DNA of 64,000 nt, from the NCBI GenBank assembly GCA_964035545.1, contig OZ037772.1:7176889-7240888 (forward strand), written 5' to 3'. The notes under the pieces were generated by a model. The model saw only the letters and a list, made by a program, of their open reading frames with translations. It was not told where the DNA came from and made no database searches. Shown piece after piece: positions 1 to 12,335 of the stretch. The translations under genes were made by a program, and so were the position numbers. The DNA is from Bugula neritina. Lineage: Eukaryota > Animalia > Bryozoa. Within the stretch, counting starts at the first letter, position 1, and each line of letters begins with the position of its first letter.

Positions 1-559
1 GACTTAGAGCTCCGTAGTCGCCAGCTGACACAAGTGCGTGCTCTCACTCTAAAAGTTACACTTGAAAAGGGCGCTCCACTTGGTGAGAGTGATCATGCAA
101 TAATCCCTCGGCCAGTAAGCTGGCTCCGCCTCACTGTGTTCCCAATTGGAAGAGTTTCCGATATTCCGGCTTGGAAACGCACTCTTAATTGTTGGTCTCA
201 GATTTCTATTGCAACGACTTTCCACAGACAGAATAACATGTCTGTCTACCAAGTCACAAAAGAAATATTTAAAATAAGATGGAAGAGCCATAGTATATGT
301 TGACTACGTTCCAACATTACTGGGAGAGCTGTTGCACCTGGTTAATCCACAACTATGAGTGGTGTCTCTGATGTGGGGAGTTCCGCCAGTGCGGGTGGGT
401 CCTTGACAGCTCCATTACCCTCATTATTTAAAGAAGTATCGGTCTGATTTGGGACTGCAGGTGCGTCGGCCAGCTCTACTGGCGGTGCGGCTGGTTACGG
501 TCGGTCCGGCAGCTTGCGGCCGCCTCTTCCAGTCTCTGTACTAAAACCTCCAACTCCCT

Positions 560-2005
560 GTCGGCCCTAGCCCTCTCTTTCAAGTTGGGACGTCACATAA
601 GTTCCAAAAGTAGAGGAACCTGCCCTGCTGCATCAGTGCTCGTCAGATATGGAATCAGGCGGGCCTTGTTCTCGATCAACACTTGACCTGAAAGTTCCAA
701 CTTAAATGTGTAATTGGGCATCACCTCCGTTACGCAATAAGGATTCACAAACTTTAGCTGTAATTTAGCTGCTGCACGGAGTAGAACTTCCCTACTAACA
801 AACCAGGCAACAACTCCACCGGCTCCGTGAAGAGGTTCACGCATTCTATCAGAAACTCTCCATGCTCGTCAAGCCGGTTCAGGCTGTTTGCAATCTGAAC
901 TCTTTTAACTGCTTCTTCCGCCACTCCTCAGTCAGAGATTTTCTTACAGTTCACTTTGCAGCGAACTGTAGTGTAGGAGCGTCCAGAAAAAGTGAGGCGC
1001 CGCACCACCTGCACTTCTCTCACCAAGGGCCTGTGAAACTTATTAATTCAAGGAAGCTCACACCCAGCCAACATCACTGCCAACTTGTTACAGTCAATGT
1101 GGCAATTGTGTCTCTTTAGGAACGGCATCCCTAAGATGGCATCTTTCTTCAGCTGACTGACGATGAACGTTTCACCGATCACCAGATTGCAGACTCGTCC
1201 TGTCAGCTCACTCACTCTATAGAATGGAATGCACGACCCGTCCGCTAATGCGCTGTGCTCCTCTTTGTATGGTTCCAGGTTAGCCCCGTCTCATGTACCT
1301 ATTGGGTCAAAATTACGCCGGCTCAGGCGATTGGTAGTACACCTGATGTCCAACAGGAATGTTGCAGCTTTGCCGGCAAGCTTGCTTGGCAGGAGACAAC
1401 TGCTTTCAAAAGTCTGGGTGCTCACTAAGCGGATTGTCTTTGGAGACGACACTTCATATGCATAGAGTTTGGGATGCACCTGTGATTTCCTGTTGCGAGG
1501 TTTCTGAGGTCTCGTAGGCAACTAACGGAAATCTTGGCCCTGCCGTCACTCTTCGTACACTCCTTCCTCTTGCAATCCTTCAAAGCGATTTTTGAGTGGC
1601 CAAACCAGGGGTTTCGCAAACCTTGCGATCTGCTAACTTTCCGTGGGTCTTGCCACTCCGGCGAAGGCAGTCTTCTTACCCTGTTGAACTTGGGCCTTGG
1701 CCTTAATCCCGGAAGATTAAACCAAAACCAATGATTGGCGGATTATAGCGTGGGCCATATAAGTTCAACGGTTTCCTTCCACCAAGAAGACAGCTTCGAA
1801 GAAAATATCCTCCACTACCACACCCCCAACAAGTAGGGGTGCGTCTCCCAGCGGCATCTGTCAGCAACCTAGCAGGTCGCTCCACTTTTGATTGTTGCCG
1901 CAGACGCCTTATTTTGGCTGGCTATAAGCGACTTGCACCAGCCATTCAACTATCGTTGCGTGTTCTCGCAAAGGTGTCTTAGGAGCCCGCCTAAGCCCTT
2001 GAATT
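560..2005 (-). mobile_element. Decayed Ty3/Gypsy LTR retrotransposon fragment A (gag end, zinc knuckle, protease region)
   Basis: The minus strand encodes a CWGCGSGGYF zinc-knuckle remnant (ORF 1703-1885) and protease-region sequence colinear with copies B, C and D. It is full of stops and frameshifts and is truncated within gag next to the LTR of element B. Boundaries are approximate. Confidence 0.8.
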
Positions 2006-2018
2006 GTGTTTAACATAT

Positions 2019-2399
2019 TGTTGAGTTTCTACATTTTCATATATCAAACAGACAACTCCAGACATTCTCTTCTGGTATTCCTAGTACTCTTAGAGGATGT
2101 ACATCCAGCCTAGTATGGCGCCCACTAACTCTCAGACAATAGACAGTAGCTTACGACATACAGGAGGCTGGCTAATTAGAGTTGATTAACAGCGGGCTTG
2201 GATAAGCGCAGTTGAATTGTAACGTTGAATTGGATAAGTCGTAATCTGCTAACATTTTTTTTGTAATGTTTTTCTTACTTGTGTAATAATTAGGTACTTG
2301 TGTATTTTTTGTGTAAATAAACTATTTCTTGTTCTAAACTTGGCAACATTGCATTAGTTCTAAATAACCTGTAATTAGTGAATGCGTAAATTTACAACA
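2019..2399 (+). repeat. 5' LTR of Gypsy element B
   Basis: Starts TGTTG and ends CAACA (inverted termini), contains AATAAA at about 2317, and is followed immediately by a PBS. Confidence 0.7.
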
Positions 2400-2400
2400 G

Positions 2401-2419
2401 CGGTGGCAGCAGTGGGATT
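2401..2419 (+). promoter_or_regulatory. Primer binding site complementary to tRNA-Leu 3' end
   Basis: CGGTGGCAGCAGTGGGATT closely matches TGGTGGCAGCGGTGGGAT, the complement of the tRNA-Leu 3' end, and lies directly after the LTR-terminal CA. Confidence 0.75.
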
Positions 2420-5400
2420 AGTTTAGAGCCAATGCTCCTGGCCAAGGAGTAGAACAGTATGGCCGATGAAGGAGACGTTCCCTGTCTAGAGCAAATCTAA
2501 CCGGCAGCTCTAGAGGATGTCATAGGTGGCCCAGTGCTGCCTATGGACAGGTATCATTTGCGGGCTCCCACCTTCTCAGGAGAAGAAGATGTGAAACAAT
2601 TTATCGCTGAGTTCAGCGAAGTGGCATTCATCTGTCGATGGCCTGCTCGGGTTACTCTGATCCAGCTGCGGTTCTGCCTGACGGGATCGGCCAAACCTTA
2701 TGGTGTTGGTCAGGATGTCGGCAACATCTTCGATGCGTTGAGAGCCCAGTTTGGGCTCACCGCTCAAGATTTGCGTGTGCAACTCTTAGGGCTTAGGAGA
2801 GATCTTAAGACTTCTTTGAGAAAACACGCGACCATGATAGAACGGCTGGCACAAGTTGCTTATAGCAACTTCCCTGCAGAAGGGCGACAGAGTTTGGCAC
2901 TAGATGCCCTCCTACAGTCTATTAACAACATGGGTTTTAAAAGGCATTTGCTAGTAGCCGAAGTTGAGACAATGGAGAGAGCTCTTTGGCTTGCGAATGC
3001 ATATTTTCAAGCCACCAATACATGCTGGCATGAAGCAGCTGTACAGCAAATAGAAGCCGACGACAGTGTGTCGCCGTTGTCAGCTGTATTGGCTGTACAA
3101 GTGGCTATGGCGGCAGCCGACAAGCCGGTCGGCTTAACCACAAGCCTGGTTCAAGAGCTGCTGGCCGAAATCAGGCATCTCCACTGACAGTCGGCAGTTG
3201 AGCGACCAGCAAGGTTGCCGACAACTGCCGTTGGCAGGCGAATCTCTGTGTGTTGGGGTTGTAGTACTGGCGGGCACCTCCTGAGGTGGGAAGAAACAGC
3301 TAAACGACAATGGCCCACGGTAGATTCCGCCAACCGTAGGCCTTGGTTTAACCCTCCGAGGCCAAGGCAAAAGCCCAAGCCCATTCGGGTGATGAGGTCA
3401 CCTTCGTCATTGTGGTAAGTCTCACAGAGTGTTAGTAGATTGCAAGGTTTGCCAAAACCTCCGGCCTGGCTACTCAAAAACTGCTTTGAAGGGTTGTCTG
3501 TTTACGGGGCGTACGAAGAGTGGGAGCAAGACCGAAATTTTCCTTAGCCGTCCATGTGCGAGCAAGGCCGAGATGTTACTCGGCTGTCCACTGAACGTCG
3601 CCGACTCCCTTGCAACCAGAAAGCGTGGGTGCATCCCTAGCTCCATGCACATGAGGTGTCACCTCCAGAGACAAGCCGCTCAGTGAGCGCTCAGCCGTAT
3701 GGAAGCAACTATTTATTGCCCGGTAAATTGGCCGGCAAAACTGCAACATTCCTGTCCAAATCTTCTGAGCTGGCTTCTTTTTGACACACTCAATGCTAGA
3801 GATAAGGCGAACCTGGAGCCATATGAAGAGAAATAAGGCACGTTGGCGAACGGGTCGTGTATTCCATTCTATGGAGTGATAGAGCTGACTGGTAGAGTCT
3901 GTGTTCAGGTGATCAGCGACACCTTCATCGTCAATCAGCTCAAGGAGGATGCCATCTTGGGAATGTCATTCTTGCAGCGACACAAGTGCCACATTGACTT
4001 TAGTAAGTAGGCGGTGATGTTGGCCGAGCGTGAGCTTGCTTGTGTGAATAGGTTTGGTAGACTGTTGGTGAAGGGAGTGCAAGTGGTGCAAGTGGTGCAA
4101 GGTGCAGAATTCAAGTATTTCTGCGATTGCTGGGACTTCCTCCAGTTCAATGATGATGGGCTGTTAACGATAAATTTGGCAACTGCTGCGAATCACCAGT
4201 AGTAGGAGAGGGTAGTCTGTCCATATGCTTTTTGCCAGGAGCTGATCAGGAAAACTCATAAGCAAGCTCATGCTGAAGCTGGGCGGGTGACTAGGTATCT
4301 TCAGTTTCGAGGGTACTGGCCCGGTATGACTCGGGTTGTCCAACTGCGGGTGCGGAAGTGTGAGATGTGCCAGTTGCCGGTTGTCCTTGGCAGATAGTTG
4401 CCGTAGATCTGGTGGGCCCCACGTCTGTAAAAGGTAATAACTTGATACTTGTATTAACTGACCACTTTACGCTGTGGGCTGATGCTTTGGCAATCTCAGA
4501 TCCGTCAACTCCCACGGTGGCCAGGGCCTTGGATCAGAACATGTTCTGTTATTTTGGTTTGCCAAAACAACTACATTCCGACTAGGGCGCCAAGTTTTAG
4601 TCGCAACTTATCAGCAATCTCTGTAAGACGTAGGGGGTTAACCAGAGTCAGACGACCCCATATAATCTGCAGGGGAATGGGATGTCGAGCGGAGCAACCA
4701 TATGTTAGGCGACTCTCTAAAAAGTCTTCTACTGGGTAAGAGTCAGGAAGAGTGGGACTTGGTGCTGCGACAAATCATGCGAGCATATTGTGGTACCCCT
4801 CACTTTAACACACTGGAGACCGCAAACTTTCTCTAACCTAAATCTAAAGTGGTCTGCAAGTAAATAATAATTTTAAGAGAACTGAACGCGGATAATCATG
4901 TTGTGAGTTATTTTTGTCATATAAGTGGACTAGTGATTAAAACAATGCTGATATGCATTTGGCAATAAAATTTTCATTGGACTCGTGTTATCATTGCTAT
5001 AATCTAAGCTTTTTTTATACTTTTTAATGTGATAGCATGCCTTGGTAACCCTTAGCTTAAATGTGATCGGTCTGTAATAATCAACCTGCTCAGACTAAGG
5101 ATGATACCCAATGTTAGTTTTTCTAGTTTACTCAGCTAGTCTAAATTCTAGAACAGCTTGTCTTAATTTTTTAGTAAAAGATTAGTTTCTTTTGTGGCAC
5201 ATGCCGCACATTATAAAGTACTTGTTCCTAATTTTTGAATAAGGTACCACCAGATATTTTTTTCTATAATGGGTGGCTTAAACATAATTTTATATTATTA
5301 TATTAAAATATATATTATAAATAAATTTTCAATTATAGCAATGCTTTAGGGTATTTCTTTTATAAATATAACTAAGCTAAGTAAATTTTGAATCAAAATT

Positions 5401-6202
5401 CATCCTTAACATTGTATAAAAACTATGTACTTTAACCTACAACATTGTTTTAAAAACATTGCTTTTATAATAGTTCAATTTAAGTTTGTTTGTAAGGCTC
5501 AATTGTACAAATCTAAAATATCCTCGAGAGTCCAGAATAACCTGCCCATGTTTCTCATTACTTTTTTGCAAAATTATTTACAATATTTAAAATCATTGGC
5601 TGCAATGATTTCAAGATATTTAATCAATTTATACAAAATGAGAAGAAAACAACTCCTTGGAAAGTTTGAAAGGCTTTTGTGACTAACTGGGTGGACAAAA
5701 CAGTCTAGAGCTTTTACAGCAAAGGAGGAAACACATTTATGATCATCTGCAAACTTTTTTTACGTATATATAAACTGATCAGTTTTAAGGATTCCAAGAG
5801 ATTTAACTGACTTAAACAAAAGTTAGGAACAGACAACCCCTAATTCATTTCAAAATTTTGCAAATACTTTGTGGCTAACTGGGTGCATAAAACAGTCAAA
5901 AATTTTCACAAAATAATTAGGCGCCTTAAAACTCTCAATTTCTAAAAAAAAAAGTGTGACCCCCCCACCCCCTCGAGTGTAATAAGTAAAAAATAATTGA
6001 AGAGTAATTCTAGACTACCTATTTGTGAAATCTTTAATCTTAAATTGCATATCGGTGATTTATTAGTTTTCCAAGAGTTCATTTTCCAATTGACACTCTG
6101 TGAACTGTCGTGCTACCGAATGCGATTTTACACAAAAAATGCCACTTCATGCTATTCTAGATTGGCAGCTATAACGCATCTGCTTCAAAAAGAATTTTAT
6201 TT

Positions 6203-8251
6203 TTATTTGACATCACATGTCCACCTACTTTGATCAGCAACACCTTTCTCGGTCGCATGCTTCTGTTCTCCAACCTCTTTGTCAATCTCATCTTCTCGAG
6301 AGAACTTCAAGAGATTTGCAAGACGGGAATTGGCAGCCGACCACAGAGAGTGCTGTTCGCTGCAAAAGAACTAGTTATTTGATTTAATTTTAATGAATAT
6401 ATACTTTTCAATTCTATAATAATTATTGATTATTTAAGGTTGTAATGTCCGATGAAGAAACAAAATCCCATTTAGCATGTTTAATGAGCAAAATGCATAC
6501 TCTACACATGTAGCACTGTATGCGGATGCCTATTGTGTTTTAGTGTTTGAGGTTATTTGAGTTCAAAATTTTATCACAGAAGGTACCACAGTATGCCTAA
6601 TAATCTCATAAATGGTTATGATTAAAATATTTTTTTAACATCTTATACATAGCTTTCCCATAAACTTAGTCTTGAGTTTGCAACAAACAAAAAAATATGT
6701 TGTTTGTGATATGAAGAAATCTACTTCAGAAGTATTGGAACTGTAAAGTCTATATAGTTGTTTACCTTGCAAGAGAATTTACTTCCTTGAATTTAGAGGC
6801 ACTTCCTTCTTTGCAGCTCTTAATTAACCTGAAATTCATAAATGTGACAATACACCATGCAAACAGGCATCTACACCAAAGAGGCATGACTAATAATAAA
6901 CTCAAGCAAAAGTATGCAACAAAATGAAATCACTTGAAACATGCAACTCTGTTCGTTGCAGTTTAACAACTGACAAAATTTGATATTTGATTTCAAAATT
7001 ATTAACTGAAGACGTGTTATTATTTGAAATTTTGCTACAATTTTAAGACATAATAAAAAGGTTGAAGCAAACAATGAAGATAGCAACACAACTACACAAT
7101 TAAGCTTACACATCGTAAACATTCAACATGCATCTCAACTCTTCTGCAGTTGGTCTCAGCTCCAAAAGCATTTCCCCGGCCTAAAACATGCCAAAAATAG
7201 CCATTACAAAATGATGGGCAAAGAGTATGGCGTAAATATAAAGTGTCCCTTAAGTTTAAAATAGAAAGAAACTAAAAAGAAAAATTGACTAACTCACCTT
7301 GTGCTTTGGTCGAAGAGGGAAACAGTCAAAATTTTCAACAAAGAACTTGACACAAGCTGTGTATCTGTCAGTAAATTCACTCAGTTGTCGTGGATCTGTA
7401 AACCGGTGACCATCTCTATTTAGTACGTCTTCCTTGAGTCTGTAGATCTTGTTGAGACTTTCAACAACTATCTCTGGAGAGAAATGTGCAACTTCTGAGA
7501 CCAAGTCTTGGAGCAGAAACTCTTCATTCTGTATGATGTTCAGCACTAGACCAGAAATGACTCCTTCAATTCCTTTGAGTATGTCAGCTTTTTTTAAAGA
7601 AACCAACTTTTCACGAGCTTGTTCAGTGACTTCAAAGACATCTAGAGTTGGGAAAGCAACGATTACATCATCGAAGAGCAGACTGATAGCAGATGACAAT
7701 GTTTTCAATTTATCTTCTCCAATATTTTTTATGACGATTCTTCCTGTCTGGGGAAGATGAAGGAATGTTTGACTCTTTTCTTCCTATTCAATAGCTTGAT
7801 CTTGGACAGTATGCTGCTTGGTATGCAAGGCTGTTATGATTTTGACCAAAGTTCCAATTTTCTTTAAAATCTTCCCTCCATTTAGCTTCTGTGCAAGTGT
7901 CTGAATGGTCTCCACCAGTTCTGTGACACTGTATCCAGACTCCCTTACTGTGTTCACAGCTATGGTCTGCTTGAGGAGAGCTTCTAGTCTAATTGTGATA
8001 ACTGTGCAGGTTGGAATATCTGTAGACATCTTCACAGGGACTTCCGTTTTAGCTGTAATTTGACATGTAAGAATGAGCATCTATATGAGCCAGTAAAAGC
8101 AGCTAGTGATATTAACTTTGGAAAACAAAAACAAACAATATGACACTGGCTCAAGACAGATAGAGGTTAACCTCTACTCACAGATGTTTCTTTCTTCATT
8201 TTCATTATCAATCTTGGAATCAAAACCCTGTTTACCACTTGGCTTTGCCAT
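6203..8251 (-). pseudogene. Unidentified 5-exon gene (371 codons) with one in-frame TAG at codon 113
   Basis: Exons 8251-8182, 8052-7298, 7180-7110, 6828-6766 and 6359-6203 have GT-AG boundaries and consistent phases (1,0,2,2), 1116 nt in total. The stop TAA is followed by AATAAA. ORFs 7784-8080 and 7289-7708 share a frame and are separated only by TAG at 7784-7786. No recognisable domain. Confidence 0.7.
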
Positions 8252-9149
8252 CAGAAGCTTTGTGCAAGTTTACTCATGTGTTGAATAAGATGGTCACTTC
8301 TTCTCTAAAACATGAGGCTCAATTGAGGTACTACAAGAATGATTTAGGAGGCTTTTGAGATGCATAGCAAGACTTTTTTAAACTTTTGATTTAACATTCA
8401 GTCAAATAAAATAGCTATTAATCTTCTGAACAATAAACCTCGCATCTACCTGTTGCTAGTAATGACAGTGATCAGAATTAATTTAGATAGACTGAAGTAC
8501 ACTGAGCTACTATCATTATAATTTCGCTCTATAAAAACTCTGAAATTGGCAATTTCACTTTGCTCCCTATCTTACATTAGATGTCTTTTATTTCAGTAGA
8601 GTATGAATGCCAATTTAAAAATGAGTGTTCTTATTACAAAATTTAGCACATATCAAAGAGCAAACTGTCTCAAGAACTGTGCTGTTGTTGAGACAAAACC
8701 TGTCCATTAGTACACAACTGTTAAGATTTTCAGGGCATTCATACGCACTATCACACTGAGGCTAAGCATCGCTACGCTATCCATTCACACTATCATTATA
8801 CGCTTTGGTGCCTCCTACAAATTTATTCGTTGCGGATCACCTGACTGTATACGCTACTCTACATCAGCACGAAGGCTGCGCATATATAAAATAACAATCT
8901 TGCTTCAGCCCCATGTTGTCTAGCAGTGGAGCCGGCTTAGTCTAGGAAATTTCACTCTTATACTTTTCTTTACTCCTGTAACAATTTTTACTCCTGTAAT
9001 TTTTGGCACTTCATTGGTTATTCAGCATGCAAAAAATATTGGATTGCATCAGACTCAAACTGTTGCCTTGGATGAATAAATTAAAATCACTTGCACCATA
9101 CCATCTTATGCTCTAATACTGGAAGACTTGTTAGGAGTGTCGTAGTGAA

Positions 9150-12100
9150 AAACATCTCTGTAAGAGCTATCCCCACGCCAGGAGGACGTCGTTAAACCTT
9201 GACAGCCCACGGTAGAATCTGCCGGTTGTGGGCTTTGGTTAACACCTCTGAGACCAAGGCAGAGGCCTGAACCTTTCTGGGCGAGGAGGCCCCCTTCATC
9301 GGAGTGGCAAGCCCCCAGGAGAGTTAGCAAACCCCGAAGTTTGCCGAAACCTCTGGCTTAGCCGTTCACAAATTGCTTGGAAGGGATTACAGAAAGAATG
9401 TGTTTATGAGGAGTGGGAATAGGACTGATATTTTCCTCAGCTGCCCATGAGACCTTGGACCCCTCTCGCAATCGGAAAACGCAGGTGCATCCCAAATTCA
9501 ATGCACAAGAGGTGTTGCCTTCAGAGACTAGCTGCTCAAAAAGCACCCAGTCATATGGAAGTTAGAACTGCAACATCCCTGTTGGACACTTGGTGTACTA
9601 CCAACTTTCTGAACAGGCATCTCTTTGATACGTTGAGTGCACGAGACAGGACTAATCTGCAGCCATATGAAGGGGAACACGGTATGTTGGCGGGCGGATA
9701 GTGTATTCCATTCTATGGCATAAGTGAGCTGGCAAGACAAGTTCATGATCAGGTGATCAGCAAGACCTTCATTGTCAGTTAGGTCGAGCAGAATGCTAAC
9801 CTAGAGAAGCCACTCTTACAGAAACACAAATGCCGCATCGACTTCAAAAATTCTGCGTTGATAAAGGCTGGGCGCATGCTTGCTTTTATTGATAAGTTCG
9901 GCAGGCCTTTGGTGGGAGGAGTGCAGGTGGTACATCGCTGTACTATTCCTGGGCGTTCCCAGGCAGCAGTTTACTGCAGAGTGAACTGCAAAAAAGTATC
10001 CAAGCTAGGAGTGATGGAAGGGTATTTGAGGGCATCCAGCACGCGAACAGCCTGAATCGACTGGAGGAGCGTGGTGAGTTCCTGGTACAGTGTGTCAACC
10101 CTTTCACAGAGCCGAGGCAGTTGCTAGCTGGTTCGTTAGTGAGGAAGTTCCACTCTGTGCAAGAAGAGTATGTAGGGCCCACCCTAGAGTCAGCGGAAAA
10201 AGCCTGAGAAGTACCCACTATGAATGGCAGGGGCCGGTACCTGAACACTTGGCAGATTTGTACGGGATTGCCTGTGATAGCTTTGAGAGTAACAGGGAGC
10301 GCTTGGTAGTCGCTAAATTACTCCGTGGGTACAAGCATGTGTTCAGTTGCGGTGACTATGAGATATTCCTGGCAGCGTGGACAGCGCCTATCTGGCAGCT
10401 GACCCGAGAGTTAGATCCTGAGACCGTGACCATCTAGGACGCTCACCCTCTTTTGAAGATTAATGAGTCGCTGGATGCCTTAGCCAGTAGCAAGTTTTTC
10501 AGTATGTTAGACTTGCTGAGCAGGTGCTGGCAAGTGCTCCTGAGTCCTGATGCACAGAAGAAAGCTGCTTTTATGATGTGGGGTGGGCTCTGGAAGTGGA
10601 AGCTGCTGACTTTCAGACTTACGTCCGCTCCGGCTATTTTCAAGCGACTCATGGAGCAGATTCTCAGTGGGTTACACTGGAAGACCCTGCTCATCTACCT
10701 GATGATGTCGTCACCATCTCCCCCGACTTTGACTCTTATGTCAGTCGTCTCAGGGGGGGGGTGCTCGATAGACTCTGAAAAACTGGTTTGAAGCTTAAAC
10801 CCTCCAAATGCACTTTACTTTAGTCGTACGTAAAATACCTAGGTCACCTAGTTGACCGGGACAGGTATGAGCAGTGCCGTGCAGTGGCCATGCCGCTGGA
10901 CCTCCCTTAATTGCAGGCATTGCTGGGGATGGTAGGGTACTACAGGCAGTATATACCCGACTCTGCAGGAATTGCACAGCTTTCAAACAGGCAGACAGCA
11001 AAAGGGGTCTGTTGGCAGTGGATGTATGCAGAGCAGCAGGCATTCGACTACCTCAAAGATCGCCTTATGGAGGCACCGATTTTGACGTACCATGATTCGG
11101 CAAAGCAGTACATCCTGGATACTGATGCTAGCAGTTACAATGTGAGAGCTGTGCTGTCTACGGTCTAGGATGATCATGAGGTGGTGGTGGCTTATTACAG
11201 CAAGGCTATGTCAGCCCCTGTAAAGAACTACTGTACCACCCGAAAGGAGCTTCTGGCAGTAGTTATGGCGGTCAAGCACTTCAGGCCAAATCTGTATGAA
11301 CGGACATTCAGGCTGCGAACGGATCACGCATCCTTGGTATGGCTGTGAAGGCGAGCTGAGTTTTATAGTCAGGTCGTGCAATGGTTTGAGATCCTGGCTA
11401 AGTTTTCATACCGGATTGAACACCAATCCGGAGAGAAACACGGCAATGCCAATGGATTGAGCCGAAGACCTGGGGAGGCAAGGTAAGCAATGCGTGAGTA
11501 TTGAACAGAGAGACGGTGGATCCCCCGCTCGGACGTGGAAAAACAGTTAGGGAAAATAGCTGCATACAGTTGGGAAGAAGGCCAATTCTGTTCTGATCCC
11601 TCCTCTAGTGCTGCCAACACCCTTCATCCAAACACTACGCTGTTCCGGAATGTCAGGAGCTTTGTAAGCTCTAGGGGACGCTACCGGCCTCGGTAGCTAA
11701 CCTAATTTGAGGCCGAGCAACAGGTAAAGTGTGCTGAGTGTAAGTAATTCTGTGACCGTTAAGACTCCCTCAAGTTCAAAGGTGATGGGCTGCTGACAAT
11801 GACGTTAGCGGCTGGTACACATCACCGGGAACGTGAGAGGGTAGTCTATCCATTTGCCCTGCGCCGGGAGCTGATCTGGGACACCCAACAGCAAACTCAT
11901 GCTGGAGTTGAGCGGTTGACCAGCTCTGGTGGTATTGGCCCAAAATGACTCGCGACGTCCGATTCCAAGTGTGGAAGTGCGAGGTGTGCCAGGCTATTAA
12001 GCATGCCTGCTCCATTGAAACTATGGGAAGGGGACGCTTTCACGCCGGTTGGCCGTGGCAGATAGTTACTATAGATCTGGTGGGCCCCATGCCCACGTTC

Positions 12101-12335
12101 GAAAGAGGTAACAACTAGATACTGGTGTTGACTGACCATTTCACGTGATAGATTGATGCTCTGGCTCTTCCTAATGCGCCAGCCCCCACGGTGGCTAGAG
12201 TCAGGGATCAAAACGTATCTTGTTACTTTGGCTTGCTAAAGCAGATACACACTGACCAGGGTGTCCAGCTCTAGTCGCAGCTGATGGGCTACCTCTGTAG
12301 GGTTTGAGGGGTGAACCAGAGCCGGACCACTCAAT
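9150..12335 (+). mobile_element. Decayed Ty3/Gypsy element C (protease-RT-RNase H-integrase)
   Basis: RT motifs (ESLDALASSKFFSMLDL, frameshifted LIYL/DDV at about 10690), RNase H (YILDTDASSY, NYCTTRKELLAV) and integrase (WQIVTIDLVGP, IHTDQG) occur in Gypsy domain order, with many stops. Confidence 0.9.

Larger units (their letters stand above)
2019..4835 (+). mobile_element. Decayed Ty3/Gypsy element B (LTR-PBS-gag-protease-integrase; RT/RNase H deleted)
   Basis: Gag-like ORF 2534-3187 (APTFSGEEDVKQFIAEF...), zinc-knuckle remnant CWGCSTGGH, protease-like region at about 3740-4050, and integrase core PWQIVAVDLVGP...LTDHFT...LHSD (4367-4585). No RT lies between protease and integrase. Confidence 0.88.

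Noticed and set aside
3185-3187. TGA at the end of the gag ORF as a programmed readthrough site
   Set aside because: The homologous position in copy A is sense (RRLRQQ) and the element carries many other stops, so it is more simply a decay mutation.
5670-5990. Two 29-bp direct repeats and a C-run resembling a DNA transposon end
   Set aside because: No matching opposite terminus or TSD was found.
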